Source: Brevundimonas sp.
Lineage (GTDB): Bacteria > Pseudomonadota > Alphaproteobacteria > Caulobacterales > Caulobacteraceae
Length of the DNA: 64,000 bases
Direction of reading: 5' to 3'
Assembly (NCBI RefSeq): GCF_965227765.1
Contig: NZ_OZ245778.1
Location: 2,200,318 to 2,264,317 of the forward strand
Of the stretch, positions 8,702 to 18,274 are shown piece by piece. The notes below the pieces were generated by a model. It searched no databases. It had not been told where the DNA came from and was given only the letters and a program-made list of their open reading frames with translations. The translations under genes were made by a program, and so were the position numbers. The stretch's first letter is position 1. Every line of letters starts with the position of its first letter.

Positions 8702-9487
8702 ATGGCGACTTCGGCTCGCCCGCTCGCCTTGGTGACCGGCGCCTCGACCGGCATCGGCTATGAGCTCGCCAAGCTGTTCGCCTCGGATGGCTTCGATCTC
8801 GTGGTCGCCGCCGACACGCCGCTTGCCGATGCGAAAGAGGTCTTGGAAACACTCGGCGCACGGGTCGAGACGCTTCAGACGGACCTGTCGACGGAGGCTG
8901 GGGTCCAGTCGCTCTACGACCTCGTCGCGGGTCGGGTGATCGACGCACTCGCCGCCAATGCCGGTCACGGTCTAGGGCAAGCCTTCCTCGACCAGAGGTT
9001 TGAAGACGTCCTGCACGTGATCAACACCAACATCACCGGGACCACCCGCCTCCTCCATCTCGTCGGGCGCGACATGCGAAGCCGCGGGCGCGGGCAAATC
9101 CTCTTGACGGGATCGATCGCCGGCCTGATGCCGGGCGCTTTCGCCGCCGTGTACAACGCCTCCAAGGCCTATGTGGACAGTTTCTCCTTCGCCTTACGCA
9201 ACGAGTTGAAGGACACGGGCGTCAGCGTGACGGTCCTGATGCCGGGCCCTACCGACACCGAGTTCTTCCACCGGGCGGGCCTCGATGACACCGCCGTCGG
9301 CCAGTCCACATCCAAGATGGATCCCGCCAAGGTCGCCGAGATCGGATACCGGGCCATGCAGCGCGGCGACGGTGACGTTGTCGCAGGTCTCATGAACAAG
9401 CTGCAGGCCGCGACAGCGGCGGTGACGCCCCAGACCGTGCTCGCGGAGATGCATCGCAAACAGGCGGAACCCGGCAGTGCGAACTGA
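8702..9487 (+). CDS. SDR-family oxidoreductase
   Basis: LVTGASTGIGYELA (TGxxxGxG), NAG motif, catalytic YNASKAY. The internal ATG at 8702 is preferred over the ORF start at 8642. Confidence 0.9.
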   Translation: MATSARPLALVTGASTGIGYELAKLFASDGFDLVVAADTPLADAKEVLETLGARVETLQTDLSTEAGVQSLYDLVAGRVIDALAANAGHGLGQAFLDQRFEDVLHVINTNITGTTRLLHLVGRDMRSRGRGQILLTGSIAGLMPGAFAAVYNASKAYVDSFSFALRNELKDTGVSVTVLMPGPTDTEFFHRAGLDDTAVGQSTSKMDPAKVAEIGYRAMQRGDGDVVAGLMNKLQAATAAVTPQTVLAEMHRKQAEPGSAN

Positions 9488-9670
9488 AGACCCCAGCGCC
9501 TCAAGCCGTTCGCCCCCTTGGACCTTAGGCTAGGCTTTCCAGGTGTTCGGCTCGGCAGGATGTTCGTCGATCGATGCCACCGCGAAGGTTCGCCCGCCCC
9601 AGGGTCGGCTGTCGCCGATCGTCGACGCCAGGAGGCTCGACGGCGGCGGATCTTGCCGCGATGATGGCCC

Positions 9671-10975
9671 ATGATCTCCCTTCTTGCGGCCGTGGTCCTG
9701 ACCACCTCGCCGGCCTCGTCCATCCCCTCCGGCGTCTACCAGTCACGCGGCTACGGTTGGGTCCTCGACCGCAGGGTTTCGCCATCCCGTCTCTACCAGA
9801 CGGCGGGGTCGGCCTGTTGGCTCGATGCCGGAGCCGAGCCCGACGCCGTCTTCCGTCATACGACCCAGCGACCCGATGGAGCCCTCGCCGTCACGTCGGA
9901 TGCAGAGCCTCAAGCCACGGCCTATGTCTTCGATGCTGTGGCGGACCTGCCGCCGCAATGCCAGGAGGCCTCCGCCGACGCCTCTCGAGCCGTCAGGGCG
10001 ATCGCCGACCTCATGAGCGAACGCTACCCCGGCTTTGACGCGCGCCGCGTCGACTTCGACGCCCGCCGCCACGCCATACTTGATCGCCTGCCCGACACCG
10101 CGTCGCCTGAAGCGGCCTTCGCCGCAGCCGAAACCCTGCTGGGCGGGCTGGACGACGCCCATATCGCGCTCTCGGCGGATCTTGAAGGCGGCGGACGAAG
10201 CCTCGCGGTTTCACAGGGTGAGACCCTGGATGCGATCCATGCCCGGCCCGGCGATCGGCCGGAGCGCGTCTGGCTCGGCGCATGGCGGTCCGGAGTTGAG
10301 GACACTATCCTCGGGGGCCAGGGCCATGTCGCCGCCAACAACCGGATCTTCTGGGGGCTGAGGGACGGGGTCGGATACCTGGCGATCGTCACCATGGGCG
10401 GGTTCGACCCGGACGACGCCGAAACACTTGCGCCCTTGGATGAGGCGCTCGACGCGGCCATGACGGCCTTTGCCCACGCCCGGGCCGTCGTCGTCGATGT
10501 CTCCAACAACCGCGGCGGTTACGATGCGGCGAGTTTGAAGATCGCCGGACGCTTCGCCGAGGCCCCTCGCCTCGCCTATCTCAAGCACGGTTGGGGCAGC
10601 GGAGAGCCCTATCAGCCGATCGTCGTCGAGCCGTCCGACCGACCCGGATACCACGGACCGGTCTGGCTGCTGACGAGCGACATCACGGTCAGCGCCGGGG
10701 AGACCTTCAGCCAGATGATGCGGGTCCTTCCCAATGTGACACACGCCGGGACGGCCACGCGAGGCGCCTTTTCCGACCAGACGTCGGTCACCTTGCCGAA
10801 CGGCTGGTCCTTCGCCATGCCGATGGAGGCCTATGTCGATCCGGAAGGGCGGGCGCTCGAGGGCCACGGACTGCAGCCCCGGATTCCGCTGGCCCTCTAT
10901 CCGGCCGGAGATCCGGATCGCGGCCACGCCCGCGCGGTCTCCGCCTTGATCACCCGCCTGTCCAGGACGCGGTGA
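9671..10975 (+). CDS. S41-family (tail-specific-like) serine peptidase
   Basis: 434 aa. VVVDVSNNRGGY and LLTSDITVSAGETF match the S41 catalytic-region pattern. N-terminal signal-like segment. Confidence 0.7.
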   Translation: MISLLAAVVLTTSPASSIPSGVYQSRGYGWVLDRRVSPSRLYQTAGSACWLDAGAEPDAVFRHTTQRPDGALAVTSDAEPQATAYVFDAVADLPPQCQEASADASRAVRAIADLMSERYPGFDARRVDFDARRHAILDRLPDTASPEAAFAAAETLLGGLDDAHIALSADLEGGGRSLAVSQGETLDAIHARPGDRPERVWLGAWRSGVEDTILGGQGHVAANNRIFWGLRDGVGYLAIVTMGGFDPDDAETLAPLDEALDAAMTAFAHARAVVVDVSNNRGGYDAASLKIAGRFAEAPRLAYLKHGWGSGEPYQPIVVEPSDRPGYHGPVWLLTSDITVSAGETFSQMMRVLPNVTHAGTATRGAFSDQTSVTLPNGWSFAMPMEAYVDPEGRALEGHGLQPRIPLALYPAGDPDRGHARAVSALITRLSRTR

Positions 10976-11081
10976 CGCCCTGCAGATGGCCTGGCGCAGC
11001 GGAGACGGGAGCGGTGACCACGTCATCGTCCGGGGGCTTGGGAAGAGCGCTCGCCGCCGGGCCGTCGGCGCCAGACCGGGC

Positions 11082-11651
11082 TCAACGCAAGGTCCGGAAG
11101 GTCACGGAGTAACGCTGGACTGCTCCGGGCGCGATACTGTGCTCCCAGATCTCACGGGCGGCGCCGTCGAGAAGATAGGCCGAGCGGGGCGCGAGCGGAG
11201 CGGCCTGCCGATCCCATCCCGTTGGCGTGCGTCGACGCAACCTGAGCACGGCCAGCGATCCGAAGGAGACGCCGACGACCCGACCATAGTCCGGGCGGTC
11301 ACGATGCCAGCCAATGCCGGCGCCCGGCGGATAGTCGATGACCATGGCCTGCCCCAGAGCGTCCGCCCGAATCCCGGCAAACCCGGCCGCCCGATCTCTC
11401 AAGGGGAGCAGCCAGGCCGGGATCGCTTCGGCCGGCTGCATCCGGCTATGGGTGAAGTCATAGCTTGATCCGAAGGACACCGTGCGCCGGTTGCCCTTGA
11501 ACCCCCGAAAGTCGAACGGTTCGAACGCGAGACCGATGAAGCGGGCGATCAGAGCGGACTCCTCCGCCTCCGTGATCAGGGCGGCCTCATATTTCAGGCC
11601 GGGCGGTCCGAGGTCAGCGAGTGGAAAGAGCGGCGGCAAGGGCGTCATCAC
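11082..11651 (-). CDS. AlkB-like Fe(II)/2-oxoglutarate-dependent dioxygenase
   Basis: 189 aa. IDYPPGAGIGWHRD...WEHSI...RYSVTFRTL contains the HxD...H...RxS motifs. Confidence 0.8.
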   Translation of the reverse strand: MMTPLPPLFPLADLGPPGLKYEAALITEAEESALIARFIGLAFEPFDFRGFKGNRRTVSFGSSYDFTHSRMQPAEAIPAWLLPLRDRAAGFAGIRADALGQAMVIDYPPGAGIGWHRDRPDYGRVVGVSFGSLAVLRLRRRTPTGWDRQAAPLAPRSAYLLDGAAREIWEHSIAPGAVQRYSVTFRTLR

Positions 11652-11737
11652 CGGATATAGGCAGGCTTTGCGAACATTGGAACCAACGCCGTTCGTTCAG
11701 GCTTTCCTCGTCAACTGAAGAACTTAACGGAAATCCG

Positions 11738-12271
11738 ATGATGAAATCCCTGCTCGCGGCGGCCGCGGCCGCCTGCCTGTTCGCTGGCGCGGCCTCGGCC
11801 CAGGACTATGCCTATCGGTGGACCCCCGCCGGAACGCTCGCGCCGACACCCCCCGCGCCGACCTTCCTCATCCTGGGCGGCGCCGGCGATCTCTACGAGG
11901 TCGAGTCGAGCCGACTGGTGCTGGCGACGACCCAGAATCCGGAGATCCGTCGCTTCGCCCAGATGATGGTCGACCATCACACCAAGACAACCCAGGACGC
12001 TGCGGCTGCCGCCCTGCGCGCCGGCCTGACGCCGCCGACACCCATGCTGGACGCCCCCAAGTCGGCGATGCTGGCGAGCTTGGCCCGCTTCGATGGCGCC
12101 GAGCGCGACAACCTCTATCTCACCCAGCAGTTGATGGCCCACAAGGAGGCGCTCGGCCTGATGAAGACCTATGCCGAGACCGGGGACACGCCCGAACTGA
12201 AGGCCGCCGCCGCCGCCGCCGTCACCGTCGTCCAGACCCATCTGACCCTGGTCGAGCGACTGATGCGCTGA
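11738..12271 (+). CDS. DUF4142-like secreted protein
   Basis: Signal peptide MMKSLLAAAAAACLFAGAASAQ. Two helical repeats with E.ESS.LA...F...M..DH. The internal ATG at 11738 was chosen. Confidence 0.7.
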   Translation: MMKSLLAAAAAACLFAGAASAQDYAYRWTPAGTLAPTPPAPTFLILGGAGDLYEVESSRLVLATTQNPEIRRFAQMMVDHHTKTTQDAAAAALRAGLTPPTPMLDAPKSAMLASLARFDGAERDNLYLTQQLMAHKEALGLMKTYAETGDTPELKAAAAAAVTVVQTHLTLVERLMR

Positions 12272-12320
12272 CGCGCGCCGCGCCGCCCCTCCCGATTTCA
12301 CCTCTTCATCGAGCAAACCC

Positions 12321-13415
12321 ATGACCTCTCGACTGACCCTCCTGGCGACCTCGGCCGCCCTCGTCGCCACCCTCTCCGCCTGCGCCCCCGGCAGGGGGAT
12401 GGAGACCCGGCCCCCGTCGCCGCCGATGAGCGCCGTCGCGCCCCTGGGGATGACGGCCCGGCCCGACGCAGACATGCAGGCCGTCCTCGACGCCCACGCC
12501 GCCCTAGGCGCCCGACCCATCGAGAGCCTGACCGTCGCCCAGGCCCGGAGCCAGCCCTCGCCCGCGGACGCGGTCAATCGCGTCAAGACCATGATGGGGA
12601 TGCCGACCGGGCCTGACGCCAGTGTCACCACGACAGACCTGACCTATCCGACCGGCGGTGCGACCCAGCCGGTCCGGGTCTACAAGCCCGCCGGCGCCAC
12701 CGGCGCCAACCTGCCTGTCGTGGTCTACTTCCACGGGGGCGGCTGGGTCATCGCCGACCTCGACGTCTATGACGCCACACCGCGAGCGATGGCCAAGACC
12801 CTCAACGCCATCGTCGTCTCGGTCGAATACCGCAAGGGTCCGGAACACCGGTTCCCCGCCTTCTACGAGGACGCCAACAATGCCTGGAAATGGGTTCAGG
12901 AAAACGCCCGGGCCTGGGGCGGCGACCCGATGAACATCGCCGTCGCCGGCGAGAGCGCCGGCGGCAACCTGGCGCTCAATGTCGCCATCGCCGCGCGGGA
13001 TGGCGGCTGGACCCAGCCGAAGGCCATCCTGGCCGTCTATCCGATCGCAGATTCCAATCCTCAACTGCCTTCGAAGCTGGAGAATACAGCCAGCCTGCCG
13101 CTGCGCACGCCGACGCTCGGCTGGTTCGGCCAGTACGCCCTTCGCAGCCCAGCCGATCAGACCGACTCCCGCTACAATCTCGTGGCCGCCAATCTGCGCG
13201 GTCTGGGACCGGTGACCATCGTCAACGCCCAGATCGATCCCCTGCGGTCGGATGGGGAGACCCTGATGACGGCCCTGCGTGCGGCCGGGGTTCCTGTCGA
13301 GCGCAGGGTCTGGGACGGCGCCGTCCACGAGTTCTTCTCCATGGCGGATGTGGTGGCCGACGCCCGAGAGGCCCAGGCCTGGTCCTTCGGCCGCCTGAGA
13401 CTGGCGCTCCGCTAG
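12321..13415 (+). CDS. alpha/beta-hydrolase lipoprotein (hormone-sensitive-lipase-type esterase)
   Basis: Lipobox LSAC. HGGGW oxyanion motif and GESAGGNL nucleophile elbow. Confidence 0.85.
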   Translation: MTSRLTLLATSAALVATLSACAPGRGMETRPPSPPMSAVAPLGMTARPDADMQAVLDAHAALGARPIESLTVAQARSQPSPADAVNRVKTMMGMPTGPDASVTTTDLTYPTGGATQPVRVYKPAGATGANLPVVVYFHGGGWVIADLDVYDATPRAMAKTLNAIVVSVEYRKGPEHRFPAFYEDANNAWKWVQENARAWGGDPMNIAVAGESAGGNLALNVAIAARDGGWTQPKAILAVYPIADSNPQLPSKLENTASLPLRTPTLGWFGQYALRSPADQTDSRYNLVAANLRGLGPVTIVNAQIDPLRSDGETLMTALRAAGVPVERRVWDGAVHEFFSMADVVADAREAQAWSFGRLRLALR

Positions 13416-13427
13416 TGACCCGCGCCA

Positions 13428-13455
13428 CCGCCCCGGAATCATCCGGGGCGGTTTT
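13428..13455 (+). terminator. rho-independent terminator after the esterase gene
   Basis: 10-bp stem CCGCCCCGGA/TCCGGGGCGG with a 4-nt loop, followed by TTTT. Confidence 0.7.
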
Positions 13456-13698
13456 CCGCAGTCTCTGCCCTCCAGACATCGTGAACTGTCGCATGAGACT
13501 GGCGGCTCTGGACGGGGTCGGGAACGAGGCCCTGCGCAGCCTGCAGCATGGGCCCGGATTTGAACCGCCGATCCCCAGGCAGGCTTGCGCTGGCCGACAC
13601 GGCTGATCCGGCCTCTGCGGGCGGCTGTGCGAGGGGGCGGCCCTCTAAACGAACAACAGGCTGGCGTGAACGCATGGGCCCATACGCCGTTGAGCAGC

Positions 13699-15021
13699 AT
13701 GAACTTCGCCGATCTCGCGCCCTCGCCCTACATCGTCGGCCTGACAGGGGCGGGTCTGCTGATCGCACTCGTGGCTTGGCTCCCGACCGCACTGAAGCGG
13801 ATACCCCTCTCCCTGCCCATCATCTGCATCGGATTGGGCGCGGCGATCTTCTCCATCCCTGCGGTGACCCTCAACCCCGTGCCGGTCGACTACCCGGAGG
13901 TCACCGAGCGGTTCACCGAGTTCGTCGTCATCATCGCGCTGATGGGCGCTGGACTGAAGATCGACCGTGTCTTCCACTTCCGACACTGGGCTGTGACCTG
14001 GCGGCTCCTCGCCATCACCATGCCGCTCAGCATCGTGGCGATCGCGCTGCTCGGCCTGTGGGGCGGACTGCCCTGGGTGGCGGCGATCCTTCTGGGCGCG
14101 AGCCTGGCCCCGACCGACCCGGTCCTCGCGGCGGACGTCCAGGTCGGCCCGCCGAAGACCGGGGAAGAAGACGAGGTCCGCTTCGGCCTGACGTCGGAGG
14201 CCGGGCTCAACGACGGACTGGCCTTCCCCTTTGTCCACCTCGCCATCGCCCTGGCCCTGGCGGCCCAGACCGGAGAGCCCTGGCTGGTCGACTGGCTGAC
14301 CTATAATGTCGCCTGGGAGATCGGCGTCGGCGTGGTCGGCGGTTGGCTGGTGGGCCGGATCTTCGGCTGGTTGACCTTCCGCATCGATTCCAAGAGCAAG
14401 CTGGCGCGGACCGGCGACGGGCTGATCGCCATCGCCGCGACCTTTATCTCCTACGGCCTGACGGAGATGGTCCACTGCTACGGCTTCCTCGCCGTCTTCA
14501 TCACGGCCCTGACCCTGCGCCACGCCCATCGCGATCACGAATTCCAGCGCGAGATGCACGACGTCACCGAGCAGGTGGAGCGGCTGGCCATGATGGTCCT
14601 CCTCCTCCTCTTCGGCGGCGCCCTGGTCGGCGGCCTTTTATCGACCCTGACCTGGATCGACGTCGGCATCGCCGTCGCGGTCTTGCTGGTCGTGCGCCCG
14701 TTGGCGGGCCTGATCGGGCTCATCGGCGTCAAGGCGACACGCAGCGAGAAACTGACGCTGGCCTTCTTCGGCATCCGCGGCGTCGGCTCGATCTACTATG
14801 TCGCCTATGCGCTGAACCATGCGGCCTTTCCCCAGCCGGAGCGGCTGTGGGCCATCGTCGGGCTCATCATCCTGCTGTCGATCCTCCTGCACGGGCTGAC
14901 GGTGACGCCGATCATGCGCCGCCTCGATCGGACACAGGGACGCGATCCCGATGCGCCCGAGAACGACGGCGTGCCTCCGCCGGGCCTGGCGGGACCGGCG
15001 GCCCAAGGCGCACGGCCCTGA
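13699..15021 (+). CDS. cation:proton antiporter (CPA1 Na+/H+ exchanger family)
   Basis: Polytopic membrane protein of about 440 aa. GASLAPTDPVLA and ESGLNDG-like (EAGLNDGLAFP) motifs. The internal ATG at 13699 was chosen. Confidence 0.9.
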   Translation: MNFADLAPSPYIVGLTGAGLLIALVAWLPTALKRIPLSLPIICIGLGAAIFSIPAVTLNPVPVDYPEVTERFTEFVVIIALMGAGLKIDRVFHFRHWAVTWRLLAITMPLSIVAIALLGLWGGLPWVAAILLGASLAPTDPVLAADVQVGPPKTGEEDEVRFGLTSEAGLNDGLAFPFVHLAIALALAAQTGEPWLVDWLTYNVAWEIGVGVVGGWLVGRIFGWLTFRIDSKSKLARTGDGLIAIAATFISYGLTEMVHCYGFLAVFITALTLRHAHRDHEFQREMHDVTEQVERLAMMVLLLLFGGALVGGLLSTLTWIDVGIAVAVLLVVRPLAGLIGLIGVKATRSEKLTLAFFGIRGVGSIYYVAYALNHAAFPQPERLWAIVGLIILLSILLHGLTVTPIMRRLDRTQGRDPDAPENDGVPPPGLAGPAAQGARP

Positions 15022-15178
15022 CCCGGATCGAATGATCGATCGACGCCGGCGGTCGCCGCGCCTGCAAGCCTGTTGGTGAGGCGGCTTGCGGCTGGCGCAT
15101 CGCCGTGACCTTGTTTTGAGACATCGAACAGACCTGCGGGACGTGCGGAGCCAACTCGTCGGTGAAGCGTTGCCGCGG

Positions 15179-16006
15179 ATGATGTCCGTCGCTGCAACCC
15201 GTCTCCGCGCCAATCGCAGTTATCTGCGTGATCTTGGGCGCGCATTCGCTGGAGCCCTGGTGTTCAGCATACCCCTGCTGATGACCATGGAGATGTGGCA
15301 GCAGGGCGTGGTCATGGAGCGATGGCGCCTTCTCGCCTACATCCTGATCAGCCTGCCGCTGCTTTACGGACTCGCCTTCTACGCCGGCTTCTCGAAGCGA
15401 CGGGGCCTGGTCAACGATCTGCTCGACACCGCTGTCGCCCTGGCCGTCGGCTGCATCACCGCCTCGGTCCTCCTGATCCTGTTTGGCGTCGTGCAGTGGG
15501 ACGCGCCGCCGCGGGAGGCCGTCGGCATGGTCGCGCTTCAAGCCATACCCGGCGCCATGGGCGCCCTTCTCGCCCGTCGTCAGCTCAACGGCTCGGGCCG
15601 CGGCGACTCGGACGAGGACGAGGCCTCCTACGTCGGTGAGCTGTTCCTGATGGCGGCCGGCGCCCTGTTCTTCGCCATGAATGTCGCCCCGACCGAGGAG
15701 ATGATCCTGATCGCCTACAAGGCCACGCCGATTCATGCGCTGAGCCTGATCGCCGTCTCGGTCCTGCTGCTGCATCTGATCGTCTACAACGCGGGCTTCG
15801 CGGGTCAGGAGGAAGCTGGCGAACCTCTCAAGGCCTTCTGTCACTACACCCTGCCCGGCTACGCCATCGCGCTCGGCGTTAGCCTGTTCGTGCTCTTCAT
15901 CTTCGGTCGCACCGATGCCCATGCCTTCACCGGCGTGATCCAGACCGTGATCGTCCTCGGCTTCCCCGCCGCAATCGGCGCCGCCGCCGCCCGTCTTCTG
16001 GTCTGA
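15179..16006 (+). CDS. integral membrane protein, DUF2391/TIGR02587-like (function unknown)
   Basis: About 275 aa with 6-7 TM. The family assignment is from memory of the family pattern (FSIPLLMTMEMW). The start is uncertain (TTG 15086 or ATG 15179). Confidence 0.6.
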   Translation: MMSVAATRLRANRSYLRDLGRAFAGALVFSIPLLMTMEMWQQGVVMERWRLLAYILISLPLLYGLAFYAGFSKRRGLVNDLLDTAVALAVGCITASVLLILFGVVQWDAPPREAVGMVALQAIPGAMGALLARRQLNGSGRGDSDEDEASYVGELFLMAAGALFFAMNVAPTEEMILIAYKATPIHALSLIAVSVLLLHLIVYNAGFAGQEEAGEPLKAFCHYTLPGYAIALGVSLFVLFIFGRTDAHAFTGVIQTVIVLGFPAAIGAAAARLLV

Positions 16007-16010
16007 CCCC

Positions 16011-16400
16011 ATGGCTCCTCGCAAGACACCCCCCAAGGCCGCCCCGCTCCGAACCACTCCGGCGCTTCAGTGGGCCATGGCCATCCTCGGCGGGGTGGTC
16101 ACGGCCGCCATCACCGGCGTCGTGATCTGGGAAGCGCTCCAGCCGGCGGCCCCTCCGGCCCTGAGTGCGCGGATCGTCGCCATCGAGGCCACCGCGGCCG
16201 GCCATGTCGCGGTCATCAAGGTCGTGAATGAGGGGGACGACACCGCCTCCGCCGTCGATATCGAAGGCGTCCTCGGGGCCGAACAGGCGAGCGCGACCGT
16301 CGACTATGTTCCCGGCCACGGCCACGCCAAGGCCTTCCTGCGGTTCGACGCGGACCCTCGCGCGGCGTCCGTCACCGTCAAGGGCTGGTCGGCGCCATAG
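16011..16400 (+). CDS. single-TM protein, TIGR02588-like partner of the preceding membrane protein (function unknown)
   Basis: 129 aa, starting 4 nt after the upstream stop. One N-terminal TM followed by a beta-rich domain. Confidence 0.55.
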   Translation: MAPRKTPPKAAPLRTTPALQWAMAILGGVVTAAITGVVIWEALQPAAPPALSARIVAIEATAAGHVAVIKVVNEGDDTASAVDIEGVLGAEQASATVDYVPGHGHAKAFLRFDADPRAASVTVKGWSAP

Positions 16401-16501
16401 GGGGGTGGCGCCATCGGCCGCGCCTTTGCTTCAATCAGCGGACCGCCTGGGCGCTTAGCGCCTCCTGACCAGGTCGGCGGCAAGCCCGGGTTCGGCCACG
16501 C

Positions 16502-16804
16502 TCAGGCGGGTGCGGCCCCGTCGAACTCCTTGAAGGCGCGACGGATGTCCTCGATGTCGCCGCGATCCGCCGCATCGACCGTGACGACGATGCGACCTTC
16601 CAAGGGCGCGTCGGTCCTCGCCTCGACGCTGGGTTCCGCCGCCTTGTCGTCTCCGCCGGACGTCGCCTCGCCGGCGGAGTTGTCGTCGCCCTCGGGGCCG
16701 ACATGGATCGCTTCGCGGGCGAGGTCGAACGCCTGCACGAGCCGCTCGACGACGAGCTCGGCCTCTCGGCGGGTGGCGAAGGTCGCCGTCATCTTCGAAG
16801 TCAT
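16502..16804 (-). CDS. small acidic hypothetical protein
   Basis: 100-aa ORF in the expected codon-bias frame. An EcfG-like promoter motif lies upstream (see findings). Confidence 0.5.
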   Translation of the reverse strand: MTSKMTATFATRREAELVVERLVQAFDLAREAIHVGPEGDDNSAGEATSGGDDKAAEPSVEARTDAPLEGRIVVTVDAADRGDIEDIRRAFKEFDGAAPA

Positions 16805-16885
16805 GGGTCACCGTCATTCTGTTGCAGGATCGGTGAACGCCTGCGGCGACCATTTTGCTCCCGTCAGGTCGGCGTCGTGCGCGGC

Positions 16886-17656
16886 TCAGCCGTGTCGGGC
16901 GGCCCGATGTTCAGGCGCGACCCAGGTCACGGCCGGCAGGGTTTCCACACCCGGTTTGGCGAGCAAATAGCCCTGCATCAGCGAGACGCCGAGGTCCTCG
17001 AGCGCGTCATGCTCGCTCACGGTCTCGATGCCCTCGCATACCGGCTCAATACCGAGATCGCGAAGCATGCCCAGGGTGTGGCTGACGATCGTCCGTTTGA
17101 CCGGATCGCTGTCGATGCCGCGGATCAGGTCCATGTCCAGTTTGACGATGTCCGGCTGGAATTTCGTCAGCAGACCCAGACCGGCGTAGCCGGAGCCGAA
17201 GTCGTCGATGGCGGTCTTGAACCCCATGGCGCGGTAGGACCGCAGGATGTTCAGGATATGCGGGGTGTCCAGTTGCTCGTCTTCGGTGAACTCGAAGATG
17301 ATCCGGTCAATCGGAAAGCCCGTCCGCATGGCAGCCTCGAGCGTGACCCGTATGCAGGCACGGGGCTCGTAGACAGCATTGGGCAGGAAGTTGATCGAGA
17401 GGTGCGCGCCTGAAGCCGCGAGGTCGAGCCCCGCGCCGAGCTCAATCGCGGTCTTGCGACACAGCTGGTCGAAGGCGTATCGATTTTCTGGCGACACCTG
17501 GGCAAGCACTGCGCCTGCGCCTTGACCATCCCGCCCACGCACCAGAGCCTCGTAGGCATAGACCGTCCGGGATCGCACATCGACGATCGGCTGGAACGCC
17601 ATGGTGATCGGAAGTTCAAATCCGGTTCCATCTTTGCAGGCCGTGCAGGGCATCAC
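16886..17656 (-). CDS. stand-alone EAL-domain protein (putative c-di-GMP phosphodiesterase)
   Basis: 256 aa. FQPIVD, YEALVRG, NFLPNA, EFTE, DDFGSGYAGL, KLD..LIRG. Confidence 0.9.
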   Translation of the reverse strand: MMPCTACKDGTGFELPITMAFQPIVDVRSRTVYAYEALVRGRDGQGAGAVLAQVSPENRYAFDQLCRKTAIELGAGLDLAASGAHLSINFLPNAVYEPRACIRVTLEAAMRTGFPIDRIIFEFTEDEQLDTPHILNILRSYRAMGFKTAIDDFGSGYAGLGLLTKFQPDIVKLDMDLIRGIDSDPVKRTIVSHTLGMLRDLGIEPVCEGIETVSEHDALEDLGVSLMQGYLLAKPGVETLPAVTWVAPEHRAARHG

Positions 17657-17859
17657 TCTGTACTCCGTTCAATGCGAAGACTACCGAGCGCTAGTTAAGG
17701 AATGTCTGTCCGGGCGAATGCGATCACGCACTCAGCGATGTCTGGAGCATCTCCGGCCCTGGCGTTAAATCATTTGGCAGGCCAAGGGGCTAGCGCCCCA
17801 TTCGACAGCGCTCCTATGCTCGTCAGACATCGAGAGCAGGGAGACGGCCCGCGCTCTCC

Positions 17860-18126
17860 TCACATCAGGCTCTGCAAGGTCCCCTCATTCTCGTCTTGCT
17901 CAGTCTGGCTATCGGGTCCGCCACGGCCCAGATCGTACCGGTCTGGCGCATCGGCACTGATGTGACACCGACGATATGCCTCGAAACCCACGGACGCGAA
18001 ACTGACGTCACTGAGAAGACGCAGTTCGGCCAGCGCCGCCGCATGCTCATCATCGCTCGCAGCGACCCATTCCAGTTGGAAGCCATCACCCCGCCGGAGC
18101 TGAAGCGTGAAATGATAATCCCGCAT
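17860..18126 (-). CDS. small hypothetical protein (88 aa)
   Basis: ATG at 18126 is preceded by GGGAGGA at 6-nt spacing. No confident family assignment. The long 236-aa ORF in the track is mostly non-coding-looking. Confidence 0.4.
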   Translation of the reverse strand: MRDYHFTLQLRRGDGFQLEWVAASDDEHAAALAELRLLSDVSFASVGFEAYRRCHISADAPDRYDLGRGGPDSQTEQDENEGTLQSLM

Positions 18127-18274
18127 GCATTTCCTCCCGAACATCACGGCCGGTGTCGGCGGGCTTGGGGGGCTCGCACCCTCAAAGGATAGGGCGAGCG
18201 GGGCTGAGCGCCTGAATTTACGGCTTTCCAGCGAATAACCTCCCCCGCCCGGGAACGATGCGGCGCCGGGTCGG

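Noticed and set aside
11679-11683. GGAAC upstream of the DUF4142 gene as an EcfG promoter
   Set aside because: The CGTT motifs follow at 6- and 10-nt spacing only. Nothing suitable lies at 16-17 nt.
13557-13576. A second T-arm-like motif (GGATTTGAACCGCCGATCCCC) sharing ~12 nt with the fragment at 27283-27325
   Set aside because: A shared 12-13-mer is expected by chance many times in 64 kb on two strands. No cloverleaf can be drawn, and it is not next to a recombinase.
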